Source: Octopus vulgaris
Taxonomy: Eukaryota
DNA length: 64,000 nt
Reading direction: 5' to 3'
Assembly (NCBI GenBank): GCA_951406725.2
Contig: OX597814.1
Coordinates: 102,796,001-102,860,000 of the forward strand
This document shows positions 35,827-49,789 of this stretch, piece after piece (the first letter of the stretch is position 1; every line of letters begins with the position of its first letter). The notes under the pieces are model-generated. The model had not been told where the DNA came from, ran no database searches, and saw only the letters and a list, made by a program, of their open reading frames with translations. The position numbers and the translations under genes were made by a program.

Positions 35827-37470
35827 CTAGCATGCTTCCCAGCCTTTGGCCCGGTCTGTACAGTGTTGAAATGTATTCGTAAGGCACATATTGGCATCTT
35901 TTGTAATGCCCATTTTCCTTACAATAAAAGTTGTTAAAATGTTTTTAAATCTTGCATAACATAATTTTTTAAAACTATTTAGAATATCTAAATACAGAAA
36001 GTAATATGGATCATAATACAGAAATGTATTGTATGAAAATCATAAAACGTTTACAGAACCTCAGTATATACAGTGTTTTTAACATTTTTCTTTGGAGCAT
36101 ATATGAAGAGTTTCTGTGGGCTTCCTGCTCTGGAACAACCTACATACAACTGACCGTGTGAGAAACAGTCCTCATCTGGATAGAGACTGACAACCCGCAG
36201 TGTTTGATCTTGTGACTTGTTAATGGTCAATGCATATCTGTCACTGGGAATTGCCTTCATTTGAAATGAAAGGGGACATCTGTTGGTATTAGTGGTATTC
36301 GAGGTATAAATATGTCTCCCTTTACACATTCAGTCAGGATTTTTGCTTCAATAATGAGGCTGTAGTTCAGTCACAATCATATGTGTACCATTGCACAATC
36401 TTGACTGATCCAGGTTTGTGGTGGCGTACCTGATGGTTCCAGACGGTTGAGGAATTCAAGAGGATAATGAACAGTATCATCTGCGTTGACAACTTTATCA
36501 ATAGATTTATAGATGTGGCTACCTCTATCCCTCCTTTGTCTCGCTTGTTTTTTTCCCCTAACTCCCTTTCTATCTGTCTCCATGTATTTTTTCACTAAAG
36601 AGAAAAAGAAGTAGAGGTAGTGAGAGAGACATATATACAACCAGAGAGGGACATGTAGACAGAGAAAAAGCAGAGGTCTGGCAGTGATTTCAAAGGAATA
36701 TATGTAATGTTAAACTTAGAGAAAGTTGGAGGTGGATTGAGTATTTTTTCACTCTGTATAAAGCATTATGGTAAAATAGAGAGTACATGGATTGCTAGAA
36801 ATAGGAGCCAATACACCACCAATCCAGCTCCCACCCCACCAAAATTCCATTTTCAGTTATCTGTGGAATGGTTATATTTAAATGAAATGAAAACCTGAAA
36901 TATTTATTTTATTTAGTGTTTTCAGCTGTTAACATAGAAACAAACAAACTTTGCTTTTTATATTTAGTGTTTTCAGTGGTCAACATACAAACAAACAAGG
37001 AATCTTTACTTTTTATAAGGATATATAGACATTATGGTGAAATAGACAGTACATGGATTGCTAGAAATACATGCCAATACACCATCAACTCGCCCTCCCC
37101 AATCCGTTTTTGGAAAATAAGTGCACAAATATTTACAGAACGGTCAGATTAATTTAAATGATGCGAAAAACCTGAAATATTATCAATTTTATTTAGTGTT
37201 TTCAGCAGCCAATGTACAAACAAACTTTGCTTTTTATAAAGATGGAGATAAGATATAGACAGTACATGAATTGCTAGAAATAGGAGCTGATACTCTACCA
37301 ACCAGCCTGTCTCCCCTCCCCTAATTTGTTTTTGGAAAATAAGTGCACAATTATCAGTGGAATGGTCAAAATAATTTACAAAAAACTCGAAATATTCTCA
37401 ATTTTATTTAGTGTTTTCAGCGGTCAACGTACAAACAAGCAAACTTTGTTTTTTATAAGGATAGAGATAA
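35827..37470 (-). mobile_element. Helitron derivative: PIF1 helicase C-terminal remnant, hairpin+CTAG 3' end, triplicated 5' end
   Basis: ALTINKSQDQTL...FSHGQLYVGCSR...KNTVYTEVL and YPLEFLN.LEPSG.P. Minus-strand GC-rich hairpin then CTAG|T at 35827. Three ~230-bp tandem units at 36700-37470. Confidence 0.85.
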
Positions 37471-38035
37471 TATATCAAGCCATTAAGAATGAAATATCCA
37501 ATTTTGAACTGAAAGTTTATTTTACTTTATCTCAACAAAAAGCAATGCAGTTAATCAAAGTATGCACCTAAATTATCAACACATTTTTGTCATTTTATCG
37601 GAAGTTTATTTATGCCAGCAGTGAAGAATTCTGGAGAGCAAGAGGTGATGAAATCATAAAAGGTTGTTTTTGCATCTTCTTCACATTTGAAGTTTTTCCT
37701 CGCAAAAACTTGTCTAATGCCTGGAAAGCAGGATAGTCAGTTGGTGCAAGGTCTGGTGAATATGATGGATGACAGAGTGCTTCCAAGTTCAGTTCCTGTA
37801 ACATGAGTAATGTTCTTTGTGCATTGTGTGGTCAAGCATTGTCATGCAAGAGAATTGGCCTGCCTCTGTTGACCAATCTTGGTTGTTTAATTGCAAGTTC
37901 ATTCATCATTTCATCCAATTGGTTGATGCATACATCCGCTGTAATTGACTTACCGGGTCTCATGAATCTGTAGTGGATGACACCAGTGCAGGACCACCAA
38001 GCAGACACCATTAGCCTTTTTTGGTAAATATTCTT
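37470..38035 (-). mobile_element. mariner transposase 3' fragment
   Basis: LMVSAWW...GVIHY...ILLHDNA...HPSYSPDLAPTDY. Confidence 0.88.
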
Positions 38036-38092
<57 letters not shown>

Positions 38093-38154
38093 TATGTATA
38101 TATACTATGTATGTGTGTATATATATATATATCATCATCATCAAAAATGCCTAG

Positions 38155-39322
38155 CCATCCCCCGATCCCTTATGTGGTTGTCAATGAGGAAACTAGGGAT
38201 ATGAATGGTTAGTGAGAGCTGTGGAAGCCATGTACAGGGACGCTGTCAGTAAGGTGAGGGTTGGCAACGAGTACAGTGAAGAATTCTGGGTAGAGGTAGG
38301 GGTCCACTAAGGTTCAGTCCTTAGCCCCCTCCTATTTATCATAGTCCTCCAGGCAATAACAGAGGAATTCAAGACAGGATGCCCCTGGGAGCTCCCCTAT
38401 GCTGAAGACCTTGCTGTAATTGCTGAGTCACTATCAAAACTCAAGGAGAAGTTTCAGGTGTGGAAACAAAGATTAGAATCGAAGGGCCTGAGAATCAACC
38501 TAGCTAAAACCAAAGTCCTAATAAGTAGGAAGGCAGGCAAACCACAAATCCCTTCAGGTAGATGGTCCTGCTTGGTCTGTAGAAAGAGCGTAGGTAGAAA
38601 CTCTATAAGATGTACCCAGTGTATGCTATGGACACGAGAGGTGCAGCAATATCAAAGGAAGGCTAACTGGGAAGATAGTTTTTGTATGTGGCAGATGCTC
38701 AGGAGCAATAAACTTTGAAAATGTGCAGAGAACAACTTCTGCCACATTCCAGGGAGAAAAACTAGAAGTAGTTGATAACTTCTGTTATCTAGGTGACCAA
38801 GTCAGTAGCAGGGGAAGGTGTGCTGAAAGTGTAGCTGCTAGAATAAGAATAGCTTGGGCAAAGTTCAGAGAGCTCTTACCTCTGCTGGTGACAAAGGGCC
38901 TCTCGCTCAGAATAAAAGGTAGATTGTATGACGCATGTGTGTGAACAGCCATGCTACATGGCAGTGAAACATGGGCTGTGACTGCTGAGGACTTGCGTAA
39001 GTTCGCAAGGAATGAAGCCAGTATGATCCGATGGATATGTAATATCAGTGTGCATACTCGACAGAGTATAAGTACCTTGAGTGAAAAGTTGGACCTAAGA
39101 AACATCAGATGTGGTGTGCAAGAGAGACAACTCCACTGGTATGGTCATGTGGTGAGAATAGATGTGGATAGCTGTATGAAAAAATGCTACACCCGAGTGG
39201 TTGAGGGAACCTGTGGAAGAGGTAGACCCAAGAGGACCTGGGATGAAGTGGTGATGCATGACCTTCGAACATTAGGCTTCATCAAGGCAATGACTAGTGA
39301 CCGAGACTTTTGGAAATATGTA
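38155..39322 (+). mobile_element. RTE LINE fragment (RT plus PHD-like finger)
   Basis: Same family as 20170-23550. Confidence 0.9.
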
Positions 39323-39324
39323 AT

Positions 39325-42070
39325 TTACACACCCGCTAAAGTTTATTTTTATTTTTGCAATAAAAACTGCGTAAATTACATGGGTTTTTACGGTATATAC
39401 TATATATATATATATACTCGTACGGCTGCACCTGGAGAAGCTGGACATTTTGAAAGGTAGCGCAAACAGTGATGAGAAACCCCACACAGAAAGCAGTGGC
39501 AACATCAAAGCCAAAGATAAAAAGCTCAACAAGGAAAGGAATGAGAAAATTGCAAACGCAATCCCAACACCTCCCAAAGTAACAATGTAGAAGTAGAAAA
39601 AGAAGAAACCAGACGAAAGCCAAGTGAAAATGGTTCTAAAATAAACAAAAACCCAAATCAGATCCTCTCAGAGAAAAAAGGTCTATCTGCAAGTTCCACA
39701 AAAGAGGTGTCTGCTGGCATAGAGAGAGTGGGACAAACTGCCACTTTGCGCACCCAACGCTGGAGCAAAATCCATCACTCACCAAATGAAAGAAACAACC
39801 ACACTTGGCGAAAATCTATATCCCAGCACAAACCTGCAGAGAAGAAGGCCAGACAGAAATCATATGTAGATACAGTACAAGCTGCTGCAGTTGAGCAACA
39901 ACATTTTTTAAGTGCGGCACAGGAAATAGTGCAATGGCTGTCATGGCTACAGACAAAGCTGAGCTATGTGCCTTCACACACAAGACTTCCACAACTGATG
40001 GACCCTGGTTGGCCACCAAGCTACCCATCACACCAAAACCAATGCAGTTTCTAACTAATATAAGAGACTTGCTACAGAACAACAGCACCTGAAGAATCTT
40101 TCTGAGCACCTGAAGAATCTTTCTGCATGCAATCAAGCTATATGCATTGCACTTACAGAAACACATTTATCTGCAGACATAAATGATGTGGAGATACACA
40201 TACAAATGTGTGCTATCTTCCGTACAGGCAGAAGAAAAAGAAGTCACAGTGGAGTTGCGATGAACATCTGCGAAGATGTCACGCCATTAACCCTGTTGTC
40301 GAACTTGGTGTGTGACACACTCATAGTAATATGCATGCTATATCGCATGCCTGATGCCTCAAATTATGATGGAAAATTTGAGGAAAGCCTCAGTGCGATA
40401 AAAGAAGTACTAACACAATTTGATTAACGTGCTACTATATTCCTGATGGATGACTTCGACTTCCCCAACATCAGGTATCCTGAGGGCAATATAACCCCTG
40501 GAATGACACACAAAGAATGAAATCAAGCAGAATCTCTGCTTGATCTTACGAAAATGCTATTCATGGAGCAGATCATACTCTCTCCAACCAGGCACAAAAA
40601 TATCTTGGACCTCTGTTTTACAAGCAACATGGAAATTATCCACAACATAAATATATCACCGACAGTATTCTCAGACCATAACATGGTAGAACTGACAATG
40701 TATGGCCTGGAATTAACTAAAGATAAACTCTGCACAGATGGCGCTCAAACCCTATCCAGCCTAAATTTCTATAAAGCTGACTGGAAATCAGTTAAAAAAC
40801 AGATACTCTGGCAGGACTGGCCTACAAGCCTCTCTATGCAAGACATAGATATGAAACTCAATAAATTCATGCCAATGATGTGAGCCATATGCATTAAATA
40901 TGTCCCAGAGAAGAGAACCAATATACACAAAAACATCATTCCTCGAGACAGGAGAATACTCATGCGGCAGAGAATAAAGATCTCAAATCATTTAAACAAA
41001 TACATTAATGACAGTGTGAAATCCCACCTGACAGAGGAACTCTTTGAGATAGAAAATAAACTCAAAATCTCCCATGAAAAAGATAGAGAAGAAAGAGAAA
41101 CCTGGGCAGTCAAAAATGTAAAAAGAAATCCTAAAGCCTTCTACATATTGGCAAAGGAGTCTGCCTCAGTAAAGCTATAAGATAGGGCCACTATTTGGTA
41201 AAAATGGCTCACTAACTGCAGACCGGGGAAGACAAGTGAAGAACTAAATAAACACTCCCAAAGTATTTTCACTTCTCCACTGGAACATAAACAAGCCAGA
41301 GGAGTTTTTCAATGTAAAAGAATTATTTGGGAAAGAGGCAACCATTGATTACATCAACATAACAGAAGAGGATGTAATATCAGTCATTGATGAGATAAGA
41401 TCAAACTCAGCAACAGGTCTGGATGGACTCCCAGCTGTTCTCTTAAAAACATGTAAAAAAAGCTCTGGCAAAGCCACTGCATGTGGTAAACTTCCCAGCA
41501 TGCTAACAGAAGGTATGATATGCTCTGTCCATTAAGGACGGAGCAGAACAGATGCTAAAAGCTACAGGCCCATCTCTCTGATGTTAGCAAGACAATGGAA
41601 TGCATTGTCAGAAAAAGGCTGATCACGTTCCTAGAAGAAAACAACCTTCTCACACACAAGCAACATGGCTTCCGTCCAAGGAGGAGCTGCAGCACAAGTA
41701 CTGAAGCAACAGCTAAACCAGTCAGCTGTAGACGTGATAGACCTTGACTTTGCCAAGGCCTTCGACAGGGTTGATTATGGCATGATATGTCACAAGCTGC
41801 AAAACCTTGGTATTTCTGGGAAACTGGGCCTGCAATTGTTGCCTGCCAGGCAACCTTAGAGATCTACATGGTGTTGATGTGGAAGTTTTCAAGGAACGTC
41901 TGGACAGGTTTCTATCTTAGATACCATATGAACCCTCATCATGACAGGAGACACAAAGAAGAGCAGCTCCGTCCAACTTGCTACTTCACCAAAAATAATA
42001 ATGGAAACAACACCGAGTTACTATAGGCTTGACCTCAGCCCTGGCCTGAAACCAGTAGAAGATAAAAGAT
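39325..42070 (+). mobile_element. Degenerate CR1-group LINE with ORF1 CCCH finger and APE/RT remnants
   Basis: ICKFHKRGVCWHRESGTNCHFAHP near 39690; PTRHKNILDLCF, SDHNMV, YKADW, YRPISL, DLDFAKAFDRV. Confidence 0.82.
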
Positions 42071-42091
42071 ATATATATATAAACATTATAC

Positions 42092-42141
<50 letters not shown>

Positions 42142-42444
42142 TATTATTAAAATACCATCACAAGTGGTAAGCAAATTATTAGCCGTACAGACAAATTAAT
42201 AAAATATATACATACAATATTAGATATGTACATATATATACAAGGGTACTACATGAGTACCTATATCGCTAATTATAGAAGTCATAAAATACTTCTGTAC
42301 CACCGAATAGTTACAAATCCATTACAGACAAGATAGAAAAAAATATCAGTGAACAATAATAAATGTCTTATCTCAAATGGGTCAGAACAAGTAAATGCTG
42401 GTCAACCTGGTACCAGTTTGGCGCTAAATTTCGAAACCGGTACC

Positions 42445-43201
42445 AGAAATGAAGCCAGTATGCTCCGATGGATGTGTAATATCAGTGTTCATACTCGACA
42501 GAGTGTAAGTACCTTGAGAGAAAAGTTGGACCTAAGAAGCATCAGTTGTTGTGTGCAAGAGAGACGTTTGCGCTGGTATAGTCATGTGGCGAGAATGAAT
42601 GAAGATATTTGTGTGAAAAAGTGCCTGGGAACCTGTGGAAAAGGTAAACCCAGGAAAACCTGGGACAAGGTGGTGAAGCACGACCTTCGAACTTTAGGTC
42701 TCACCGAGGAAATGACTAGAGACCGAGACCTTTGGAAGTATGCTGTGCGTGAGAAGACCCGGCAGGACAAGTGAGACCATAACCCGTGGCCTCTACCTGG
42801 GATGTAGCCAGTCCACTTATGCATACCTTTCCTTCTTGGGACACAAAACTCTACTTGTGAAGACCTGTTGAGGTAAGTGAAAATCAAAATCGATCAACAT
42901 CAATGGAAATTGTAGCTGTGATACCAGTGCCGGTGGCACGTAAGAGAACCATCCGAACGTGGTCATTGCCAGCGCTGCCCCGACTGGCCTCCATGCCGGT
43001 GGCACATAAAAAGCAACATCCAATCGTGGCCGTTTGCCAGCCTCGTCTGGCACGTAAAAAGCACCCACTACACTCACGGAGTGTAGAAACATTGCCAGAT
43101 CAGACTGGGCCTGGTGCAGCCTTCTGGCTTCCCAGACCCCAGTTGAACCATCCAACCCATGCTAGCATGGAAAGCGGACGCTAAACGATGATGATGATGA
43201 T
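42445..43201 (+). mobile_element. RTE LINE 3' end
   Basis: RNEASMLRW...RRLRWY, 3' UTR and taaacgatgatgat tail. Confidence 0.9.
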
Positions 43202-43301
43202 GTATAAATGCATAAGAAGCATACAAATACATACACACACATACATTTTTACAGAGTTAGTTTTATATACATCCTTGTATGTATATATATATATAGATTT
43301 G

Positions 43302-43346
<45 letters not shown>

Positions 43347-43867
43347 TTTGCTTCTTCATAACATTGAGAAAATTAAATATTTCTTTTCTACAAATATGCT
43401 TCAGATCACACCATCGGTTACAACAATCACAAGCATCCAAAAATTCTTCACCACTCTTCCAACTTCATTTTTCCTCTTAAAAAAGGAAGGCTTTCGTCTA
43501 CTTGAACTATATGTCATACAATTGCATGGCTGTCTGTCTGCTAATATTGCTGATGCACATGCAGCATGTCACTGGCACTTCACATATAAAGTCCAGGATT
43601 ATGTGAAAAAGTGTGAAGACTGTCAATTGACTTTCTTCCATAAAGGCATTAAAAGATTATTTGAAAATTATAAAGAGAAATGAACAGTAGATTTGGACTG
43701 TCTGTATTTTAAAACCATGCATAATCATATCAATTTCATTATGCAAAAGACAGAATCGAAAAAAATTTGTAAAAATTCGTAAAAACACAAAAATCATGAT
43801 GGGGTTTTAGCACATGCTTACATCATAATTCCGCCCATTCATGTGTGTGTGTGCATGCACGTGTGTA

Positions 43868-46490
43868 GTGGGTGGTTTTTATGTGCCACCAGCACAGGAG
43901 CCAGCAGGGTGGGCCTGGCAACGACCACGTTCAGATGGTGCTTTTTACATGTCACTGGCATAGGAGCCAGTCAGGGGGTACTAGTATCGGTCACGTTCAG
44001 TTGGTGCTTTTTACATGCCATTGGCATAGGAGCCAGTCAGGCAGACATGGCATCAACCACATTTGGGTGGTGCTTTTTATGTGCCACGTTCGGTTGGTGC
44101 ATTTTATGTGCCACCGGCATGGGAGCCAGTCAGGCAGACCTGGCATCAACCATGTTCAGATGGTACTTTGTATTGGCCACCAGCATGGGAGCCAGTCTGG
44201 TGTCACTAGTCACAGCTACAATATTAGTTTTGACTCAACTGGTCTTCACAAGCCATATCATATCACCTGACGCATCAGGAGTATTCTTAACAGGGCCAGA
44301 CATGCAAGACTGCGATCTCACTTTAGTTGCTGAGTTTTCTCAATCACAGTGTATCTCCAAAGGTCCCAGTCTCCTGTCATTGCCTCTGTGAGGCCCAATG
44401 TTTGAAGGTCATGCTTCGCCACCTGATCCCATGTCTTCCTGGGTCTAACTCTTCCACAGGTTCCTACTACAGTTAGGGAGTGGCACTTCCTCACGCAACT
44501 GTCTTCATTCATATGTAACACATGGCCATACCAGCACAGTCACCTCTCTTGCACACCACATTTGATGCTTCTTATGCCCAACTTTTCTCTCAGGGCGCTT
44601 ACACTCTGTCATATATGCACACTGACATTACACATCCAGTGGATCATACCAGCTTCATTTCTTTCAAGCATATGCATGTCCTCAGCATTCATGGCCCATG
44701 TTTCACTATTGTGTAGCATGGTAGTTCACCATGAACAAGAGGTCCTTAGTTGCCAGCAGAGGTAGGAGCTACCTGAACTTTACCCAGGCTGTTCTTACTC
44801 TAGTTACTACACTCTCAGAACAACCACCCCCAGTACAGACTTGATCGCCTAGGTAGCAGAAACTATTAACTACTTCTAGTTTCTCCCCCTGGCATCTGAT
44901 CAAATCTGTTTTCTGTACATCTTCAGTGTTTATTGCCCCAGTACATCTGCCACACACAAAAATTATTTTCCCAGTTAACCTTCCTTTAATATTGCTGCAC
45001 CTTTTATGTGTCCATAGTTTACAATGGGTACATTGTATGGAGTTTCTACACATCAAGCAGAGCCATCTTCCTGCAGGGGGTTGTGATTTGACAGCCTTCT
45101 TATTATGACTTTGGTTTTGGCTAGATTAACCATAAGGCCCTTCGATTCTAGACTTTGCTTCTACACCCTAAACTTCGTCTCCAGTTCTGGCAATGACCCA
45201 GCTATCAGAGCAAGGTCATCGGCATAGAGGAACTCCCAGAGGCATCCTGTCTTGAATTCCTCTGTTATTGCCTGGAGGACTTTAATGAATAAGAGGGGGC
45301 TGAGGACTGATCCTTGGTGAGCCCCTACTTCTATTCGGAATTCTTCACTATATTCGTTGTCAACCCTCACCTTACTGACAGTGTCCCTATACAGGGCTTG
45401 TACAGCTCTTACCAGCCACTCATCTATATCCAGTTTCCGCATTGACCACCAGATAAGGGATCGGGGGACCCTGTTGAAAGCTTTCTTTGGCTAGGTATTT
45501 CTCCTGCAGTTGCCTTACCAGAAATGTAGCATCAGTGGTGCTTCTGCCTGGCACAAAGCTGAACTGCAACTCATCTAAGCTAACTCTCTCCCTAATTAGT
45601 TGGGCTATGACCCTCTCTGTAACTTTCATCACCTGATGCAATAATTTGATACCCCTGTTGTTATTTCTATCTAAAGCATCACCTTTCCCCTTGTAGTAAT
45701 TGACTATGGCACTGCTACACCAGTCATTGGGTATACTCCTTCATGAACTACCTGATTTACGATGTGGGTGACAAGATCATAACCCACACCACCCGATATT
45801 TTAAGTATCCCAGCAGTGATTCCTTATGGACCAGGTGCTTTCCTTGTCTTCATTTCCTTAATTCTTTATCTCCCTGGGTGCTGTTGATTCGGATATCTGG
45901 TCCCTCAATTGGGTCAGCCTTTGGCAGACTCTCCTCCTCCCATTCATTCTCCACATTCAGCAGTCTTTCATAATGGCTTCTCCAAGCCTTTTTCTTTGCA
46001 GAATCATTGAATGCAAGGCCACCATTATCCATGTGGACAAGTTTCTCTCCTATGACTTCACAGTTTTCTCTCACATATTGTCTTGCAATCCGAAATACTT
46101 CAGTTCTCTGGTCCTCATGTTACTGAACATTGGCAAACTTTTTGTCTGCTACTCCCTTGGCTATATATACCTGTCTCGTAGCTTCCCTTTTGGCTATCTT
46201 ATATATTCTCCTGTTACCCCCACTCTTCCAGGCATTCCAGGCCTGTTTATTTGCACTAATGGCCCTGTCTACAGTATTGTTCCACCACCATGTTACCCTA
46301 GGTCTGGGAGGGACATTGCACCAACCACAGATTTGGTCTGTGACATTCAGCAAGCTGTCTCACAGGAATTTTCTGCTGGTTCCAAGTCACAGGACTGTAA
46401 CTCCTCTTCTCTATCATCAAATTTCTCGGTAAGGATATCCCTAAATCTCTTACCATGTGAAAGGTTCCTAAGCGTCCAAGTCCTTCTTTT

Positions 46491-46492
<2 letters not shown>
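43868..46492 (-). mobile_element. RTE LINE fragment with expanded 3' UTR minisatellite
   Basis: QGSVLSPLLF, YADDL, PHD-like finger; about six ~55-bp units at 43870-44210. Confidence 0.9.
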
Positions 46493-46538
<46 letters not shown>

Positions 46539-47669
46539 TATAAAAATAGGGTTCAGTAAAATAATTTACTTTACCACACACCAAACTTTTTAGAAATAGC
46601 ATCCAAAAATCTTAGCTATTTCTTCTACAGTAAGAATGACAATATATATATATACATATATGTATGTATGCATGTATATATATATATATATATAAGTGAG
46701 ATAATAGTTTCAGTATTAACAGTGAAACTATTAAAATTATTTTCATCAGTATTTCTGAACTTCTTTCTGAAAGTAATTTGTTGTTGTTTGTAAATAGTGA
46801 TTGAAAACTTACAGTGAAAATAATAGCAATTGAACTTAAAGTGAAAACAATAGCATCTGAAAAATGCAAGTGTAAATGAAAGAGAGTGAGTGAGATATAA
46901 GGGGAGAGAGAGAGAGAGCTAGCTCGTTAGACAAATAAGATAGATATAGATAGATAAGATATAAACAAATAGATACAGTGATATAGAGAAAGATGGATAG
47001 AGAAATATAGACATCACTGATGCTAGAAAACCGGAAGTAAATATTTTTTTAAACTTTCAAAAATATGAATCTAATATAAAAAGCAATTTTTGTTTTCCCC
47101 TTATGACCAATGGATGTAAAGGAGACAATCAATTTCTGAAAGTTACTTCACAAAGAGTTACCTTCCTTCTCCACATAACTCAGGAACGAGCGTTTTCTGC
47201 CCCGAGGGGGCCAGTTACTCATTATGTGAAAAATTTTAAGAGTCTAAAACCATCCCTCGAACATAAGTAATGTATATTCCCAGTTTGGAGATAATCATTT
47301 GAAAAATACAGCTATTATAATCTTTTACACACACACAGACAGAACGGGATTTACATTATAATTTACCCCTCCTGTATGTATATATTATATTTTATATTTT
47401 ATCTAGTTTCAGCTCACGAGCTGTGGCCATGCTGGGGCACCGCCAGTGTATTTTTATAAGAGAAAAATATGTAATAATTGAAGTAGGGTGAGGGCAGTGG
47501 AACCAAACTCTCATACACCAAATAAGCCGACAAATGTATATGCAGGAGTGATGAGGTGAACCCCCCCCAGCCTAAGGAAATCAGCCAAAAGATAATCATA
47601 AGTAACTACAGTGGTGCTCCAGCATGAACACAGCTACATGGCTGAAGCAGATAAAAGAATGTGTGTGTG

Positions 47670-48810
47670 TCATCATCATCATTTAACGTCCGCTTTCCAT
47701 GCTAGCATGGGTTGGATGATTTGACTGAGGACTGGCGAACCAGATGGTTGCACCAGGCTCCAATCTTGATCTGGCAGAGTTTCTACAGCTGGATGCCCTT
47801 CTTAACGCCCACCACTCCGAGAGTGTAGTCGGTGCTTTTACCTGCCACCAGCACGAGGGCCAGTCAGGTGGTACTGGCAACGCCACACTCAAATGGTGTT
47901 TTTTACATGCCACCTGCACAAGAGCCAGTCCAGCGGCACTGGCAATGACTTTGCTTGAATGTTTTTTCATGTGCCAGTAAGGCAACACTGGTAACGATCA
48001 CACTTGAATGGTGCTTTTTACGTGCCACCAGCACGGAATCCAGTTGGCTGCTCTGGCAACGATCAGGCTCGGATGGTGCTCTTAGCGTTCCACTAGCATG
48101 GATGCCAGTCATCAAATTTGATTTCGATTTCACTTGCCTCAACAGGTCTTCGCAAGCAGAGTTTAGTGTCCAATGAAGGAAAGGTGTGCATAAGTGGGCT
48201 GGTTATACCCCTGGCATAAGCCACGAGGTTATGGCACAACTTGGCTTGCCAGGTCTTTTCAAGCACAGCATATTTCCAAAGGTCTCGGTCACTAGTCATT
48301 GCCTCGGTGAGGCCTAATGTTCGAAGGTCGTGCTTCACCACTTCATCCCAGGTCTTCCTGGGTCTACCTCTTTCACAGGTTCCCTCAACTGCTAGGGTGT
48401 GGCACTTTTTCTCACAGCTATCCTCATCTATTCTCACCGCATGACCAGTGCAGTCGTCTCTCTTGCACACCACATCTGATGTTTCTTAGGTCCAACTTTT
48501 CTCTCAAGGTACTTACACTCTGTCAAGTATGCACACTGACATTACACATCCAGTGGAGCATACTGGCTTCATTCCTTGCGAGCTTACGCATATCCTCAGC
48601 AGTCACGGCCCATGTTTCACTGCCATGTAGCATGGCTGTTCGTACACATGCATCATACAATCTACCTTTCACTCTGAGCGAGAGGCCCTTTGTCACCAGC
48701 AGAGGTAGGAGATCTCTGAACTTTGCCCAGGCTATTCTTATTCTAGCAGCTACACTTTCAGTGCACCCTCCCCTGCTACTGACTTGGTCACCTAGGTAAC
48801 GGAAGCTATC
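47670..48810 (-). mobile_element. RTE LINE 3' fragment
   Basis: (CAT)n tail at 47670; HGSETW and GRPRKTW motifs. Confidence 0.9.
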
Positions 48811-49154
48811 ATATATATATATATATATATATACAGACATGCATACCTACATATATGTGTGTGTGTGTGTGTGTATGTATATATAAATAATAAATATATA
48901 AAACAAAAATAGAAAAAGAGAGACAGAAAATGGAATACATGGAAAACTAAAGAGGCCCCAATCTTATTTGGCATGGTTTCTGTGGCTGGATGTCTTCCTT
49001 AATGCCAACCACTTTACAGGGTCTACTAAGTGCTTTTATGTGGTACTGGCGCAGGCCTATCGTCTTTGGGGGAGAGGGGGGGGCTTATTGCTTCTGCTAT
49101 GAGGACAATAAAGTGCCAGGTATCCCAGTCTTTTGTCATTCTGTCTGTATATTA

Positions 49155-49745
49155 TCATCATCATTTAACGTCTGCTTTCCATGCTGGCATGGGTTGGGCA
49201 TTTTGACTGAATACTGGTAGGTCAGGGAGCTGCACCAGGTTTTGATCGGTTTTGGCAAGGTTTTTCTGCTGGATGCCCTTCCTAACACCAACCACTCTGA
49301 CATTGTAGCGGGTGTTTTTTATGTGTTACTGGCATGTGTGCCATTGACCTGACTCTGGCATCAGCCACGATTACAGTCTCATTTAGCTTGACAGGTCTAC
49401 ACATGCATGGTATATTGCCAAGGGTCTTGGTAACCTGTCACTGCCTCCGTGAGGCCCATTGCTTGAATGGTGCTTTTTACACGCCAGTCAGACGGCACTG
49501 GCATTGGCAAGTCTATGATTTCACTTGGCTTGATGGGTACCTCAAGCACGGAATATCGCCAAGGGTCTGAGTCGCTTGTCATTGCCTCTGTGAGGCCCAA
49601 CATTCAAAGATCATTGTCCCATATCTTCCTGGGTCTACCTCTTCCACAGGTTTCCTCCAGTTTGTGTGACACTTCTCCATACTGCTGTTCTCATCTATAC
49701 ACATCACATGACCATACCAGCACAGTTGTCTCTCTTGTGCACCTT
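49155..49745 (-). mobile_element. RTE LINE 3' fragment
   Basis: (CAT)n tail and 3' UTR; partial internal duplication of the C-terminal segment. Confidence 0.8.
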
Positions 49746-49789
49746 TTGTCAATTTTCCTTAGCTTTTGGTCTTGATAGTCATTCATAAC

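Noticed and set aside
43348-43683. Possible exon 2 of the 32616 gene
   Set aside because: No recognisable protein motif or convincing donor, and the flanks look like a decayed DNA transposon.
43843-44391. 182-aa and 132-aa repetitive ORFs
   Set aside because: Antisense translation of the RTE 3' UTR minisatellite.
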